From contig JBEIHH010000008.1 in NCBI GenBank assembly GCA_040381475.1, positions 810 to 64,809 of the forward strand: a stretch of 64,000 nt of DNA, written 5' to 3'. The position numbers were made by a program, and so were the translations under genes. Shown here piece after piece: positions 9,639 to 19,426 of the stretch. The notes under the pieces are model-generated. The model did no database searches. It saw nothing but the letters and a program-made list of their open reading frames with translations, and was not told where the DNA came from. Position 1 is the stretch's first letter; each line of letters starts with the position of its first letter. This DNA is from Crocinitomicaceae bacterium. Lineage in GTDB: Bacteria > Bacteroidota > Bacteroidia > Flavobacteriales_D > Sanyastnellaceae.

Positions 9639-10477
9639 CGGAAGAAGATGAAATAGCAGAGTTGGCAGATGAAAGCCCACAGGATGTGCCGAATAACTGG
9701 AAGCGCTACTTTTTGCGTTTATCATACGATGGCACCAATTACCATGGTTGGCAGCGACAGCCCAACAGCCATAGTGTTCAGGAAGAAATTGAACAAGCCC
9801 TGAGAAAGTTGTTACGTCAGGAAAGAGTGGTTACAGTCGGTTGCGGAAGAACGGATACCGGCGTGCATGCCCGTGAATTTTATATGCATTTCAATGCAGA
9901 AAATCCGGATATGAATAAGCAGGAAATTCTTTTCAAATTGAATATGATGCTGCCCCATGACATTGGTGTTTATTCGCTCTGGCAAGTTCGCGACAAAGCA
10001 CATGCAAGATTTGATGCCATAGAACGTAGCTATGAATATCACATCCATCAGCAAAGGGATCCTTTTGTAACAAGATTCTCTACATTTTACCCCTGGCCAT
10101 TGAACATTGAAGCGATGAACGAAGCAGCATCGATTATGCTTGCATATCATGATTTTTCGGCATTCTGCAAAACGGGTGGAGGACAAAAAACCACCATCTG
10201 TGACCTCAGGGAAGCAAAATGGATTCAGTACGACTATAAATTGGTATTTCACATCACGGCAGATCGTTTTCTCAGAAATATGGTACGATCAGTAGTTGGC
10301 ACGCTCATCCAGGTTGGAAAAGGAAAAATGAATCTCGAACAATTCAGAAAGATTATTGAAGGTGGTAAAAGAACACAGGCCGGAGAGAGTGTAACTCCAC
10401 AAGGCCTTCACCTGACCAGAGTTATTTATCCTGCCGAGCGAATTGCACCTTTCGGTGAAATTGTAACGGTTCGTTAA
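9635..10477 (+). CDS. truA: tRNA pseudouridine(38-40) synthase TruA
   Basis: YFLRLSYDGTNYHGWQRQPN...GCGRTDTGVHA. ATGA overlap with the helicase stop. Carries an acidic 23-aa N-terminal extension. Confidence 0.9.
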   Translation: MTEEDEIAELADESPQDVPNNWKRYFLRLSYDGTNYHGWQRQPNSHSVQEEIEQALRKLLRQERVVTVGCGRTDTGVHAREFYMHFNAENPDMNKQEILFKLNMMLPHDIGVYSLWQVRDKAHARFDAIERSYEYHIHQQRDPFVTRFSTFYPWPLNIEAMNEAASIMLAYHDFSAFCKTGGGQKTTICDLREAKWIQYDYKLVFHITADRFLRNMVRSVVGTLIQVGKGKMNLEQFRKIIEGGKRTQAGESVTPQGLHLTRVIYPAERIAPFGEIVTVR

Positions 10478-10591
10478 GATTTTTTTAAGGTAGTTTTATC
10501 TCAATTGCTGCTAATTTTGATGCCTGAGGAGGTGACCACTGGCAATGCTCCCCTCACCTTATCCGGTATTGACAGAACAAACTCTAATTAA

Positions 10592-11122
10592 ATGAAGAAA
10601 ATTTTTTACTTGCTATTGGTTACTATCCAATCACAAATTGGTTGGTCTCAAACCCTGGGAGGACTTGATTGGATCACGAAGTCAAACCCTGAGCATACAG
10701 TTACGTTTCCTAAAAACTGGAAATTCGACGACAGTGGTGATATGGGTGCCTTGTTTACTATTTATAGTCCGTTCACTGATGAAGAGGACAATTACAACGA
10801 ATATGTTCAGCTCAATGTATTGCCTGTTAACGGACTAAACATTACGTTGGACAGTCATGTCCAGTCAGTGCTGAAAGATGTCCCTTTCTTCTATCAAAAA
10901 TCTGAAGTAACTCTGAACCGAAAGGATAAGAAGGCCAACAGAGAATTCGCGGTACTGGCTTATAACGGATATTTCAATGATTTTGCTCTATCACACTATC
11001 AGTATATCTGGCTTGTGGATGAACGCGTGTACACTTTGAGCTTCAGCGGCCAGCCAGAAGGTGTGAAATTGCTTCTGCCTGAGGCTATAAAAATCATGGA
11101 CAGTTTTAACCTGATCAGATAA
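10592..11122 (+). CDS. Hypothetical secreted protein
   Basis: 176 aa with signal peptide MKKIFYLLLVTIQSQIGWSQ. No catalytic motif recognised. Confidence 0.55.
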   Translation: MKKIFYLLLVTIQSQIGWSQTLGGLDWITKSNPEHTVTFPKNWKFDDSGDMGALFTIYSPFTDEEDNYNEYVQLNVLPVNGLNITLDSHVQSVLKDVPFFYQKSEVTLNRKDKKANREFAVLAYNGYFNDFALSHYQYIWLVDERVYTLSFSGQPEGVKLLLPEAIKIMDSFNLIR

Positions 11123-11131
11123 TCAAATTCG

Positions 11132-12880
11132 TTGAGTAAAAGCGGAAAATCATTTGATCTGCATCTCTTTTTGAGGTTATACAGAAAAGGCAAGCCATAC
11201 AGGTTGCCTTTTTTTATTACCATGGCCCTGGTGTTGCTTCTTGCCTCCATGGTTTGGGTTAGGCCCGAACAGATGCGAATGATTCTTGACGATGCTGTAC
11301 CTGCTAAAGATTACACCAGAGTCTGGACCATCAGTTTATGGTTTATAGCCTTTTTACTGATTGAAGCGCTCATTCAATATGTACAGGCGCAATTGGCCAA
11401 TCGCGTTGCGCAGTCTGTAACACTTGACCTGAGATCAACTCTATTTAAGCATGTGCTCAAATTCAAATTGAGTTATTACGACAAAACTCCGGTAGGACAA
11501 TTTGTGACCAGGTTGATATCAGACATTGATGGCGTTGCCGATGTGTTCTCAGCCGGAATTCTGGACATCGTGCGCGATCTGCTGAAGCTTGTGGTCATTG
11601 TCATATTCATGTTTATTCTGGATTGGAAAATGACATTGGTGGTGCTATTACCAATTCCTGTTCTGCTTTATGCCACGAGGATTTTTCAGGTAGCCGTCAA
11701 AAACTCATTTAACGACGTTCGCAATCAGGTATCACGTATCAACGTTTTTATACAGGAACACGTAACCGGAATGAACATTGTGCAAATTTTCAACCGGGAA
11801 AAAACAGAAAAAAGACGTTTTGATTCAATCAACACAGAACATCGTGATGCGCACATTCGAGGCATCTGGGCTTATTCTATCTTCTTCCCTGTAGTCGAAT
11901 TATTGTCGGCCGCTTCGATTTCTCTGATGATCTGGTGGGGAATGGGTGAATCACTGGCAGGACATATTACACCGGGACTATTGCTGGAATATTCGACATT
12001 CATTACCATGATGTACCGTCCGATCAGACAAATGGCGGATAATTTTAATGTGCTGCAAATGGGAGTGGTCAATGCTGAGCGTGTTTTCAAACTGCTCGAT
12101 ACGCACCAGGCACAAATCAACAGCGGAACATTAAAAGCGGAAACCCTTGGCGGTGATATCAAATTCGAAAATGTCTGGTTTGCCTATCAGGAAGAAAATT
12201 GGGTACTAAAAGGTATTTCATTTGAAACCAAACCCGGAGAAATGATTGCATTCGTTGGGGCAACAGGAGCCGGCAAGACAAGCATAGCCGGATTGATGAA
12301 TAGATTTTATGATCATTCTAAAGGCAGCATCACCCTAAACGGAAGAGGAATCGAAGAATATGAGCTGAATTCACTGCGCAAAAATATTGGACTGGTATTG
12401 CAGGATGTTTTTCTATTCAGTGATACCATTATGAATAATATTACACTCTATGATAGCAGTATTACGGAGGAGAAAGTGATCGAGGCGAGCAAACTCATAG
12501 GGACACATGAATTCATTACCAAACTTCCCGGAGGCTATAGTTACAATGTAAGAGAGCGTGGCGGGATGCTCAGCACAGGTCAAAGACAACTCATCGCCTT
12601 TGTCCGCGCCTATGTTCAAAATCCCAAGATTCTTTTATTAGATGAGGCGACATCGAATGTTGACTCCGAATCTGAAGAATTGTTGAAACATGCAACGGCC
12701 AAACTGACAGAAGGAAGAACCAGCATTGTTATTGCTCACCGGTTGTCAACCATCAGACGCGCGGATAAAATTGTTGTTGTAGAAAAAGGCCAGATTATGG
12801 AAACAGGTAAACATGACGAACTACTCGAGAAAAACGGTATATATAAAAAGCTTTTCGAAATGCAATTTGAAGATGCGTGA
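11132..12880 (+). CDS. ABC exporter, fused permease/ATPase (MsbA-like)
   Basis: Six-TM N-terminal domain, Walker A GATGAGKTS, signature LSTGQRQ and Walker B ILLLDEATS. TTG start. Confidence 0.9.
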   Translation: MSKSGKSFDLHLFLRLYRKGKPYRLPFFITMALVLLLASMVWVRPEQMRMILDDAVPAKDYTRVWTISLWFIAFLLIEALIQYVQAQLANRVAQSVTLDLRSTLFKHVLKFKLSYYDKTPVGQFVTRLISDIDGVADVFSAGILDIVRDLLKLVVIVIFMFILDWKMTLVVLLPIPVLLYATRIFQVAVKNSFNDVRNQVSRINVFIQEHVTGMNIVQIFNREKTEKRRFDSINTEHRDAHIRGIWAYSIFFPVVELLSAASISLMIWWGMGESLAGHITPGLLLEYSTFITMMYRPIRQMADNFNVLQMGVVNAERVFKLLDTHQAQINSGTLKAETLGGDIKFENVWFAYQEENWVLKGISFETKPGEMIAFVGATGAGKTSIAGLMNRFYDHSKGSITLNGRGIEEYELNSLRKNIGLVLQDVFLFSDTIMNNITLYDSSITEEKVIEASKLIGTHEFITKLPGGYSYNVRERGGMLSTGQRQLIAFVRAYVQNPKILLLDEATSNVDSESEELLKHATAKLTEGRTSIVIAHRLSTIRRADKIVVVEKGQIMETGKHDELLEKNGIYKKLFEMQFEDA

Positions 12881-12916
12881 ACCCTGATCCAATTAGAATG
12901 CGGCATGTAAAATAAA

Positions 12917-12946
12917 AAGCCATCCTATTGGATGGCTTCTTGGTTT
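12917..12946. terminator. Bidirectional intrinsic terminator between convergent genes
   Basis: 9-bp stem aagccatcc/ggatggctt with tatt loop. Flanked by an A-run upstream (aaaataaaa) and cttggttt downstream. Confidence 0.6.
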
Positions 12947-12981
12947 CAAAATGTCCCTGTTTACCAGGTTATTGCAGTAAA

Positions 12982-14070
12982 CTATTGTTTTATAAAAGCA
13001 CTGGAAAAAACTACCCCATTGCTTTCTATGTGCCAAATATAATTACCCGGACTTAACTCCACATCACCCACCACAAACTTATGAGCAACAGCCGGCAGAT
13101 TCTCCTGCCAAAGTTTTTGAATCAATCTTCCCTGAGAGTCAAGAATACTGATGGTCGTGATACCAGGAGTGGTTAAGTTAAATGACAATACCGAGTTTTC
13201 CTGAACCGGATTAGGATAACAACTGAATGCAAAAGGATTTTCGTTGCTAATTTTTATATCTGAAGTTTGAAACCCGACAAAGCGCACGGTATTATTTCCA
13301 GAGTTTGGAATGATAAGCGTATCAATTTCTTCGGCATAAGCAATATCCGCCGGTGAACTAAGTCCGCCGGGAACAGTTATGATTTCGCTCACAGAAAAAT
13401 CTGCGTTGTATCTGGTAATACGGTTCGGGTTCCAAGATGCAATGAAGTAATTGCCGTAATTGTCATTGTCGATGCCATCAATACTACCAACTCCGGTATT
13501 GGCAACCACTGTTGACACAGTATAATCAGTCAAATCCACAGATTTGATGCTTGCGGAAGCTCCCCAATTCACAAAAACCAATCTGTTGTTGACTTCATCA
13601 TAACATATTCCATTCGGCGTAGTAACCGTATTTGAAACGATTTGAACATAGGAAGGATTGACCAAATCAGTAAAGTCAATCTCAAAAATATCCTTCGCGC
13701 TGAAATCTGTAACCCAAATCCTGTGATCACCATCGCTGGCCATGCCATTCAAAAACTGGGCACCTGAAATTGTAACTGAAGATAACTCCGCACCGGAAGT
13801 GAGATCATAAGCCCGGACATCATCACCTACAATAGCAAATAAAACGTTACCGACTACCTCCATACCGAACTGTGCAGTTGCATCACCCGGCATTTCGCTG
13901 ATAGGTTCACCCTGATCATCAACAACGAGCACACCGTTGCTATTGCTTATCAGAAACCGATGATTGACAGGATCAAATTCAGCCGATTCAATCGTATTAA
14001 AATCCTGTCCGTATGTGGGGACAAAAAAGCAAAAAAAGCAAACAAAAAAGGTGAGGTAAAGAAATTTCAT
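12982..14070 (-). CDS. T9SS-secreted beta-propeller-like protein (type A C-terminal sorting domain)
   Basis: Signal MKFLYLTFFVCFFCFFVPTYGQ (ATG 14070 preferred over 14181). C-terminus CYPNPVQENSVLSFNL...ISILDSQGRLIQ...LSPGNYIWHIE resembles Por_Secre_tail. Confidence 0.75.
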   Translation of the reverse strand: MKFLYLTFFVCFFCFFVPTYGQDFNTIESAEFDPVNHRFLISNSNGVLVVDDQGEPISEMPGDATAQFGMEVVGNVLFAIVGDDVRAYDLTSGAELSSVTISGAQFLNGMASDGDHRIWVTDFSAKDIFEIDFTDLVNPSYVQIVSNTVTTPNGICYDEVNNRLVFVNWGASASIKSVDLTDYTVSTVVANTGVGSIDGIDNDNYGNYFIASWNPNRITRYNADFSVSEIITVPGGLSSPADIAYAEEIDTLIIPNSGNNTVRFVGFQTSDIKISNENPFAFSCYPNPVQENSVLSFNLTTPGITTISILDSQGRLIQKLWQENLPAVAHKFVVGDVELSPGNYIWHIESNGVVFSSAFIKQ

Positions 14071-14227
14071 TGCACGAATTTTTTCAAATATCAATATTCC
14101 CAGGCAACAGACCAATAAAAAAATCACCTTTCGTGTAAAGCTGGCCGTCTTATTAAAAAAATGCAACATCAACTCGACCAATTTGAAATTTGGTAGAAAT
14201 AAGTTTTAACAACATAGAATTATCCGA

Positions 14228-14235
14228 TATTTTTG
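14228..14235 (+). promoter_or_regulatory. Putative -7 box (TATTTTTG), 5 nt before the ATG at 14241
   Basis: Perfect TAnnTTTG match. Argues that the LTD protein starts at 14241 (MQLSHH...) rather than the TTG at 14190. Confidence 0.4.
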
Positions 14236-14240
14236 AAACA

Positions 14241-17200
14241 ATGCAACTTTCTCATCATATCTGTGAACACATCGACCGACAGAAACGGATGCGAATCATT
14301 GCTTTCCTTTTTTCCATATTCTCATTTCCTGCTATTCATTTCTGTCAGGTCTTACCTGACATTGTAATCAACGAAATTAATTGTGACAATCCCGGTGGCC
14401 CAGACAATGCGGAATTCATAGAACTATACGGAATAGCAGGCACCAGCCTTGACAGCCTGTCGATCGTCCTTTTTGAAGGAACAGACAATTTAAGTTATGC
14501 AGTGTATGATCTTGATGGATACGTTTTAGATGAATCTGGTTTTTTTGTTTTGGGAAGTCAAATGGTTACCAACGTCGACTACATCATTGCCAATGGCATC
14601 ATTTCGAATGGCCCGGATGGCATTGCTCTGTTTTACGCAGATGCTTCTGATTTTCCCATTGGCACATTGCCTTCAACGGTTAACAGAGTCGATGCAGCTG
14701 TTTATGGAACCAACGATTCATCGGATACCGATCTTATTACCGCACTCGGGCTTGACATGTTCTCATACCTCCAACTAGATGAGACGATTCAAACCACAAC
14801 TCCTGATTTTTCACTTTCCAAAATACCGGATGGAGGTGATCCTTTCATGTATACCGAATTCGTCTTGCAGGAAGTTACGCCGGGTTCGCAGAACGCTCCG
14901 ATATGCCAGAGTGGGACGCTGTTGTACAGCGATCTGTCAACAGAGATTACTCTCTGTTCAGATGGCGAAATTCTTCTAGCAACATTTGAAGAAACCAATA
15001 ACACTGCCGGTGAATTCAGCGCTTATGTTTTAACCACGGCAAATGGCATCATCATAGACACCACAAACATATCAAGCTTTGATTTTAATGGCTACACTGA
15101 AGGTACCTATCAGATTTATTCTCTGCACTTCAATGGAGAAATTATTGATAATAGCCTGGCACCGGGAAATAACATTCTCGATGTGAGTGCAGGCTTATGC
15201 GTTGATGTTTCTGATAATTTTCTGAGTTTAGAACTGCTCCCATGTGATCTTTGTAATGGAGGTGAGATCAGCTCATCTTTTGGCTATGACGTGGCATTTT
15301 GTTCCGGTATCATTCAGGACCCCGAACTATCAAATAGCACAGGTGAAAGCGATTATTTATATTTTGTCACAACCACTGAACAGCTCATAGTTGGTGCCGT
15401 CAACGAACAGTTCGATTACAACTCTCTTGCAGCAGGCATTTACCGTATCTACGGTCTTTCCTATTCCGGAAACTTACTTTCTGAAACGATTGAAGCCGGT
15501 CAATCTTTATTGTCAGTATCGTCTGATGTGTGCACAGAATTAAGCAGCAACTATATTACACTAAATATTCTTCCATGTCAACCAAATACACCATGTGAAA
15601 AAATCTTCATATCAGAATATCTTGAAGGCGAAGCAGGAACGAGAGCTCTTGAACTATTTAATCCTGCGCTTACAGAAGTTGATATCAGCGAATATTCACT
15701 TTGGTTGTTTACCAATGGATCAACTGAAGCCTCAGATACGTTGTTTCTGCCAGGCACGCTGGCACCACTTTCCACGCTAGTCATTGCCAACCCAGGAACA
15801 GGCTTTGGCAACGGTCTCGCTGACCCCGAACTGGTTGAATCAGCTGACATTGTTGACTTCATTTCCAATTTCACCGGAAATGATGCCATAGAATTGCACT
15901 GGTTGAATGAAGTAATTGATGTGATTGGAGTGAGAGGGGAGAATCCTGGTAATCAAACCGGATGGTCAACGCTGAATGGTTCTACAAGCAATTTCGACCT
16001 TGTGCGTAAACCTTTTGTTCAAAGCCCGGTATTGGAATGGCAGGTAAGCAGCTTTCAATGGGACGCTTATCCAAACACAGACTACTCAACATTGGGTAGC
16101 CACTTCTTCCATCCGTGCAGCGACGAACTTATCGCAGGCTTTTTGCTCGAAAGTATCATGGTGGAAGAATCCGATGACACTTTGGAATTACAGATTCAAT
16201 GCTTGAATGCAATCGAACCAACAACACTTAACATATCCATTGAAACTGGCAGTTCTGAGCCAGAAGATTACGCCGCTGCAATTCCGGTGAGTCTGGTATT
16301 CGATCCAAACAACCTGATACAAACAATTGAGATTTCGATCATGGATGATCTGATACCCGAGACACTCGAGTACTTTACCTTGACACTTTCGACTGATGCT
16401 GAGCCACTCTGGACCAATCAATCTGTGCTGATTCAAATCAAACAAAGTGATGCAAATTGCGACGGAGGGATATTAGTAATTAACGAATCCGCTACGATTT
16501 CGCAATGTGCAGATCTTGAAAACAATCCATTGCTGATTCAGATAGAAAGTGAATACCCGTCCGCACATTACATGTTTATCATTTCAGACACGAACAATGT
16601 TATTGTTGACACTACTTCTGTTAATACCGTTGATCCGGAACAGCTCGGTGAAGGCACATTTCGGATTTACGGTTTGTCTTATTCAGGAGAATTAGATTAT
16701 ACAGGCCTTGAACCTGGAAACATCATTCAGGAAATCACCGCAGATTCTTGCGTTTCCCTTTCTGAAAATTTCATTACTGTAATTCGAAACAATTGTCTCG
16801 TCACGGGTTGTGATGCAGGGCAAATCTCAACCTCTGATGGTTCAGTCTTTATAACTGCATGCGTAGCTGGTACAAATCCATTTCTCAATCTGAACAACAC
16901 AGGACAATCGACGAATGATAGTTACGTCTATTTTCTTACAGACAACACAGGAATGATTGTAGATGCAATATCGGGTAACTGGAATACTGAAGGAACTGAA
17001 ATTGGAAGCTATCAGATATATGGTGTTTCTTATAACGGTACACTTGATCCCGCAACCATGCAGACCGGCATGCCATTGTCTGGAATTACATCAGATAGTT
17101 GTGTATCTGTTTCCGAAAACTCAATCGCATTACAAATTCTGGATTGCCAAGGTCCTACTCCATGCTCCCAACTTTTTTTCTCGGAGTATATTGAGGAAAC

Positions 17201-18272
17201 CGGCTCCAATAAAGCCCTCGAGGTTTATAATCCCACACCGCTGGCCATTGACCTAAGCAACTATTCCATTCGAATGTACGCTGACGGATCCCTGAGTCCG
17301 AGCGAAATTCTTCAATGCAACGGCATCATATTGCCATATGACGTATTTGTAGTAGTGTCATCCGGCAACGGAATAGATCCAACTGATCCAATCATTTTGG
17401 CTCAGGGTGACACGCTTCACCCGTCAGCAAGTTTCAGCGCCAATGACGCAATTGAACTTGTTCATGCTAACGAAGTCATTGATGTTATAGGAATAGTTGG
17501 TGAAAATCCCGGGCAGTTTGGCTGGACATTCGGAAATGCTTCAACGTCGAATCAAGTGTTAGTGCGTCGACCAGAAGTGACAGCACCCAACATTGACTGG
17601 GATGTCGTTTCAGGCCAGTGGATTGCATACGACTTTCAGGACTTTAGCCATATTGGTTGGCACGAAGCAGCTGATTGTGGATTCAGCGGATTGCCTGTTG
17701 TAAGTTTTATACAAACAAATCTCGATGTTTATGAAAACGCAGGCACAGTCGCTATAGAAATATTTACATCTAATGCCGGTGATCCCTTTGAGATAACCAT
17801 TCAAGCCACCGGCAGCGCAGAACAAATTCTGGACTATAGCACTTCATTTCCCGTAACTCTGGATGTACCCACAGGAGAGAACACATTAATACTGGAAATC
17901 TTCATCGTTGAAGATGCAATGCCGGAAGGAATCGAATTCATCGAACTCTCAGTGACAACGGGAGAAGAAGTTTATTTCGGTAACCAGACATGTATGGTGA
18001 ATATTGAAGAATTCACCGGCACAAATGAACAAGATAAGCCATTGCTTAAAATCTGGCCAATACCAGCCAGTCAACATCTATACTTGTTATGCAATGAACA
18101 GATCGTATCATGTGAAATCGTGGATCAGCTTGGAAAAAAAACAAAAGTTCTGCAGGAATCACCAGTGCAACAAATTCAGATTGATGTATCGAATCTGACT
18201 AATGGTGTTTACATCCTGAACATCTCCACCAATGAGGTTCAGATCCGGCAAAAAGCAATTGTTGCCAAATAA
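14241..18272 (+). CDS. Large T9SS cargo: 3 lamin-tail (LTD) domains, 4 copies of a 4-Cys module, 2 Calx-beta-like domains, type A CTD
   Basis: LTD signatures IVINEINCDNPGGPDNAEFIELYG, IFISEYLEGEAGTRALELFNP and LFFSEYIEETGSNKALEVYNP. Calx-beta-like ...DYAAAIPVSLVFDP...IEISIMDDLIPETLEYFTLTL. C-terminus KIWPIPASQHLYLL...DVSNLTNGVYILNIS. Confidence 0.8.
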   Translation: MQLSHHICEHIDRQKRMRIIAFLFSIFSFPAIHFCQVLPDIVINEINCDNPGGPDNAEFIELYGIAGTSLDSLSIVLFEGTDNLSYAVYDLDGYVLDESGFFVLGSQMVTNVDYIIANGIISNGPDGIALFYADASDFPIGTLPSTVNRVDAAVYGTNDSSDTDLITALGLDMFSYLQLDETIQTTTPDFSLSKIPDGGDPFMYTEFVLQEVTPGSQNAPICQSGTLLYSDLSTEITLCSDGEILLATFEETNNTAGEFSAYVLTTANGIIIDTTNISSFDFNGYTEGTYQIYSLHFNGEIIDNSLAPGNNILDVSAGLCVDVSDNFLSLELLPCDLCNGGEISSSFGYDVAFCSGIIQDPELSNSTGESDYLYFVTTTEQLIVGAVNEQFDYNSLAAGIYRIYGLSYSGNLLSETIEAGQSLLSVSSDVCTELSSNYITLNILPCQPNTPCEKIFISEYLEGEAGTRALELFNPALTEVDISEYSLWLFTNGSTEASDTLFLPGTLAPLSTLVIANPGTGFGNGLADPELVESADIVDFISNFTGNDAIELHWLNEVIDVIGVRGENPGNQTGWSTLNGSTSNFDLVRKPFVQSPVLEWQVSSFQWDAYPNTDYSTLGSHFFHPCSDELIAGFLLESIMVEESDDTLELQIQCLNAIEPTTLNISIETGSSEPEDYAAAIPVSLVFDPNNLIQTIEISIMDDLIPETLEYFTLTLSTDAEPLWTNQSVLIQIKQSDANCDGGILVINESATISQCADLENNPLLIQIESEYPSAHYMFIISDTNNVIVDTTSVNTVDPEQLGEGTFRIYGLSYSGELDYTGLEPGNIIQEITADSCVSLSENFITVIRNNCLVTGCDAGQISTSDGSVFITACVAGTNPFLNLNNTGQSTNDSYVYFLTDNTGMIVDAISGNWNTEGTEIGSYQIYGVSYNGTLDPATMQTGMPLSGITSDSCVSVSENSIALQILDCQGPTPCSQLFFSEYIEETGSNKALEVYNPTPLAIDLSNYSIRMYADGSLSPSEILQCNGIILPYDVFVVVSSGNGIDPTDPIILAQGDTLHPSASFSANDAIELVHANEVIDVIGIVGENPGQFGWTFGNASTSNQVLVRRPEVTAPNIDWDVVSGQWIAYDFQDFSHIGWHEAADCGFSGLPVVSFIQTNLDVYENAGTVAIEIFTSNAGDPFEITIQATGSAEQILDYSTSFPVTLDVPTGENTLILEIFIVEDAMPEGIEFIELSVTTGEEVYFGNQTCMVNIEEFTGTNEQDKPLLKIWPIPASQHLYLLCNEQIVSCEIVDQLGKKTKVLQESPVQQIQIDVSNLTNGVYILNISTNEVQIRQKAIVAK
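14904..15578 (+). repeat. Two tandem copies (14904-15245, 15252-15578) of a ~113-aa 4-Cys module inside the LTD protein
   Basis: Each copy runs C..G(G/T)...C...Y(Q/R)IY(S/G)L.(F/Y).G......(A/E).G...L.V(S)...C...S.N...L..LPC. Confidence 0.7.
16458..17147 (+). repeat. Two further copies (16458-16796, 16809-17147) of the same 4-Cys module
   Basis: FRIYGLSYSGELDYTGLEPGNIIQEITADSCVSLSENFITVIRNNC and YQIYGVSYNGTLDPATMQTGMPLSGITSDSCVSVSENSIALQILDC. Confidence 0.7.
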
Positions 18273-18335
18273 AATGTAATCGATTGTTCCTGACTCTCTA
18301 TGCTATTTCATAATGTTGCAAGCAGTTGTGCTTTC

Positions 18336-18343
18336 TATATTCG
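18336..18343 (+). promoter_or_regulatory. Putative -7 box (TATATTCG), 18 nt before the ATG at 18362
   Basis: Matches TAnnTTCG. Confidence 0.35.
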
Positions 18344-18361
18344 CGTGGATTAATAAAACTC

Positions 18362-19426
18362 ATGGGAAGACTGCATAACCTTGATTATTTAAGAGGCCTC
18401 GCCGCATTCGGCATCATGATCTTCCATTATCTATCCTGGACGACCGGTGAATTCAGCGCTTCTTCCTTTATGGGAAGAGTTGGCTTGTATGGCGTTTCCA
18501 TTTTCTATGTTCTCAGCGGGCTTACACTATTTTATGTTTATCATGACAAAATGAAGCCAGATCTTGAGGACGTGAAGGACTTCTTCAAAAAAAGAATCTT
18601 CAGAATATTGCCGTTGCTTTGGATTGCTACAATCATCTCCATATTCGTATTCCATGGCGGAGACGTGACCTTCAAATCATTGTTTTTGAATCTCACCGGT
18701 CTGTTTGGATTCGTGCAATGGGACAGCAGCATTGCCACAGGTGCCTGGTCTATCGGAAATGAACTTGTCTTCTATGTTTTTCTGCCTTTGTTTGTTTTAC
18801 TCAGTAAACGATTTCATTTTGCATTTCTGCCATTCGTGCTGATCGTATTTGCTGTATATGTCTATTTTGCATTTTTTCTTATTGATGGTAGTCTGACATT
18901 TGATGATGCACAACAACGGAGCTATTACTTCAACCCATTTAATCAATTGTTTCTTTTTCTCGGCGGCTATCTCATTGGGCTTTACTTCAGAACAAAAAAA
19001 GTATCATCAATTAGCAGCTATTTACTGATCCTATCAGGAATTCTTCTTTTTGTTTTTTATCCAGCAGAAGGACCAAGAATACATCTGGTAGAAGGTTGGT
19101 GCCGGATGGCCTTGACATTAAGTTGTTTCCTGATCTGCCTTGGATTTTACAAAGTCGATTTTAACCTTCCCGGATTTGCTGGCAATGGTTTTAAAATGCT
19201 CGGAGAAGCAAGTTACTCAGTTTATCTCCTGCACCCGATTGTACATCGCCTTATGGGATTTGTAATCGCCTGGTTCAGTGCTCATGTGTTTCATCTTCCG
19301 GAAATGGTACGTTTTGGCGCCTCAGTGGTCATCACACTCGTTCTCAGTTATTTTGTTTACCAGTATTTCGAGAAGTATTTCATACGCTTTGGAAAAGGGT
19401 CTAACAGACAAGTTCAAAAAACATGA
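18362..19426 (+). CDS. Acyltransferase family 3 (OafA-like) integral membrane protein
   Basis: MGRLHNLDYLRGLAAFGIMIFHY followed by about 10 hydrophobic segments. The ATG at 18362 is preferred over the TTG at 18326. Confidence 0.8.
   Translation: MGRLHNLDYLRGLAAFGIMIFHYLSWTTGEFSASSFMGRVGLYGVSIFYVLSGLTLFYVYHDKMKPDLEDVKDFFKKRIFRILPLLWIATIISIFVFHGGDVTFKSLFLNLTGLFGFVQWDSSIATGAWSIGNELVFYVFLPLFVLLSKRFHFAFLPFVLIVFAVYVYFAFFLIDGSLTFDDAQQRSYYFNPFNQLFLFLGGYLIGLYFRTKKVSSISSYLLILSGILLFVFYPAEGPRIHLVEGWCRMALTLSCFLICLGFYKVDFNLPGFAGNGFKMLGEASYSVYLLHPIVHRLMGFVIAWFSAHVFHLPEMVRFGASVVITLVLSYFVYQYFEKYFIRFGKGSNRQVQKT

Noticed and set aside
14190-14240. N-terminal extensions suggested by the ORF track (TTG/GTG-initiated), for example 14190, 14181, 6751, 6255, 18326, 20021, 20314, 24677 and 46155.
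   Set aside because: Downstream ATGs give canonical N-termini (signal peptides, the CoaD and FabG motifs). They also remove overlaps with terminators or neighbouring genes and coincide with -7 boxes.
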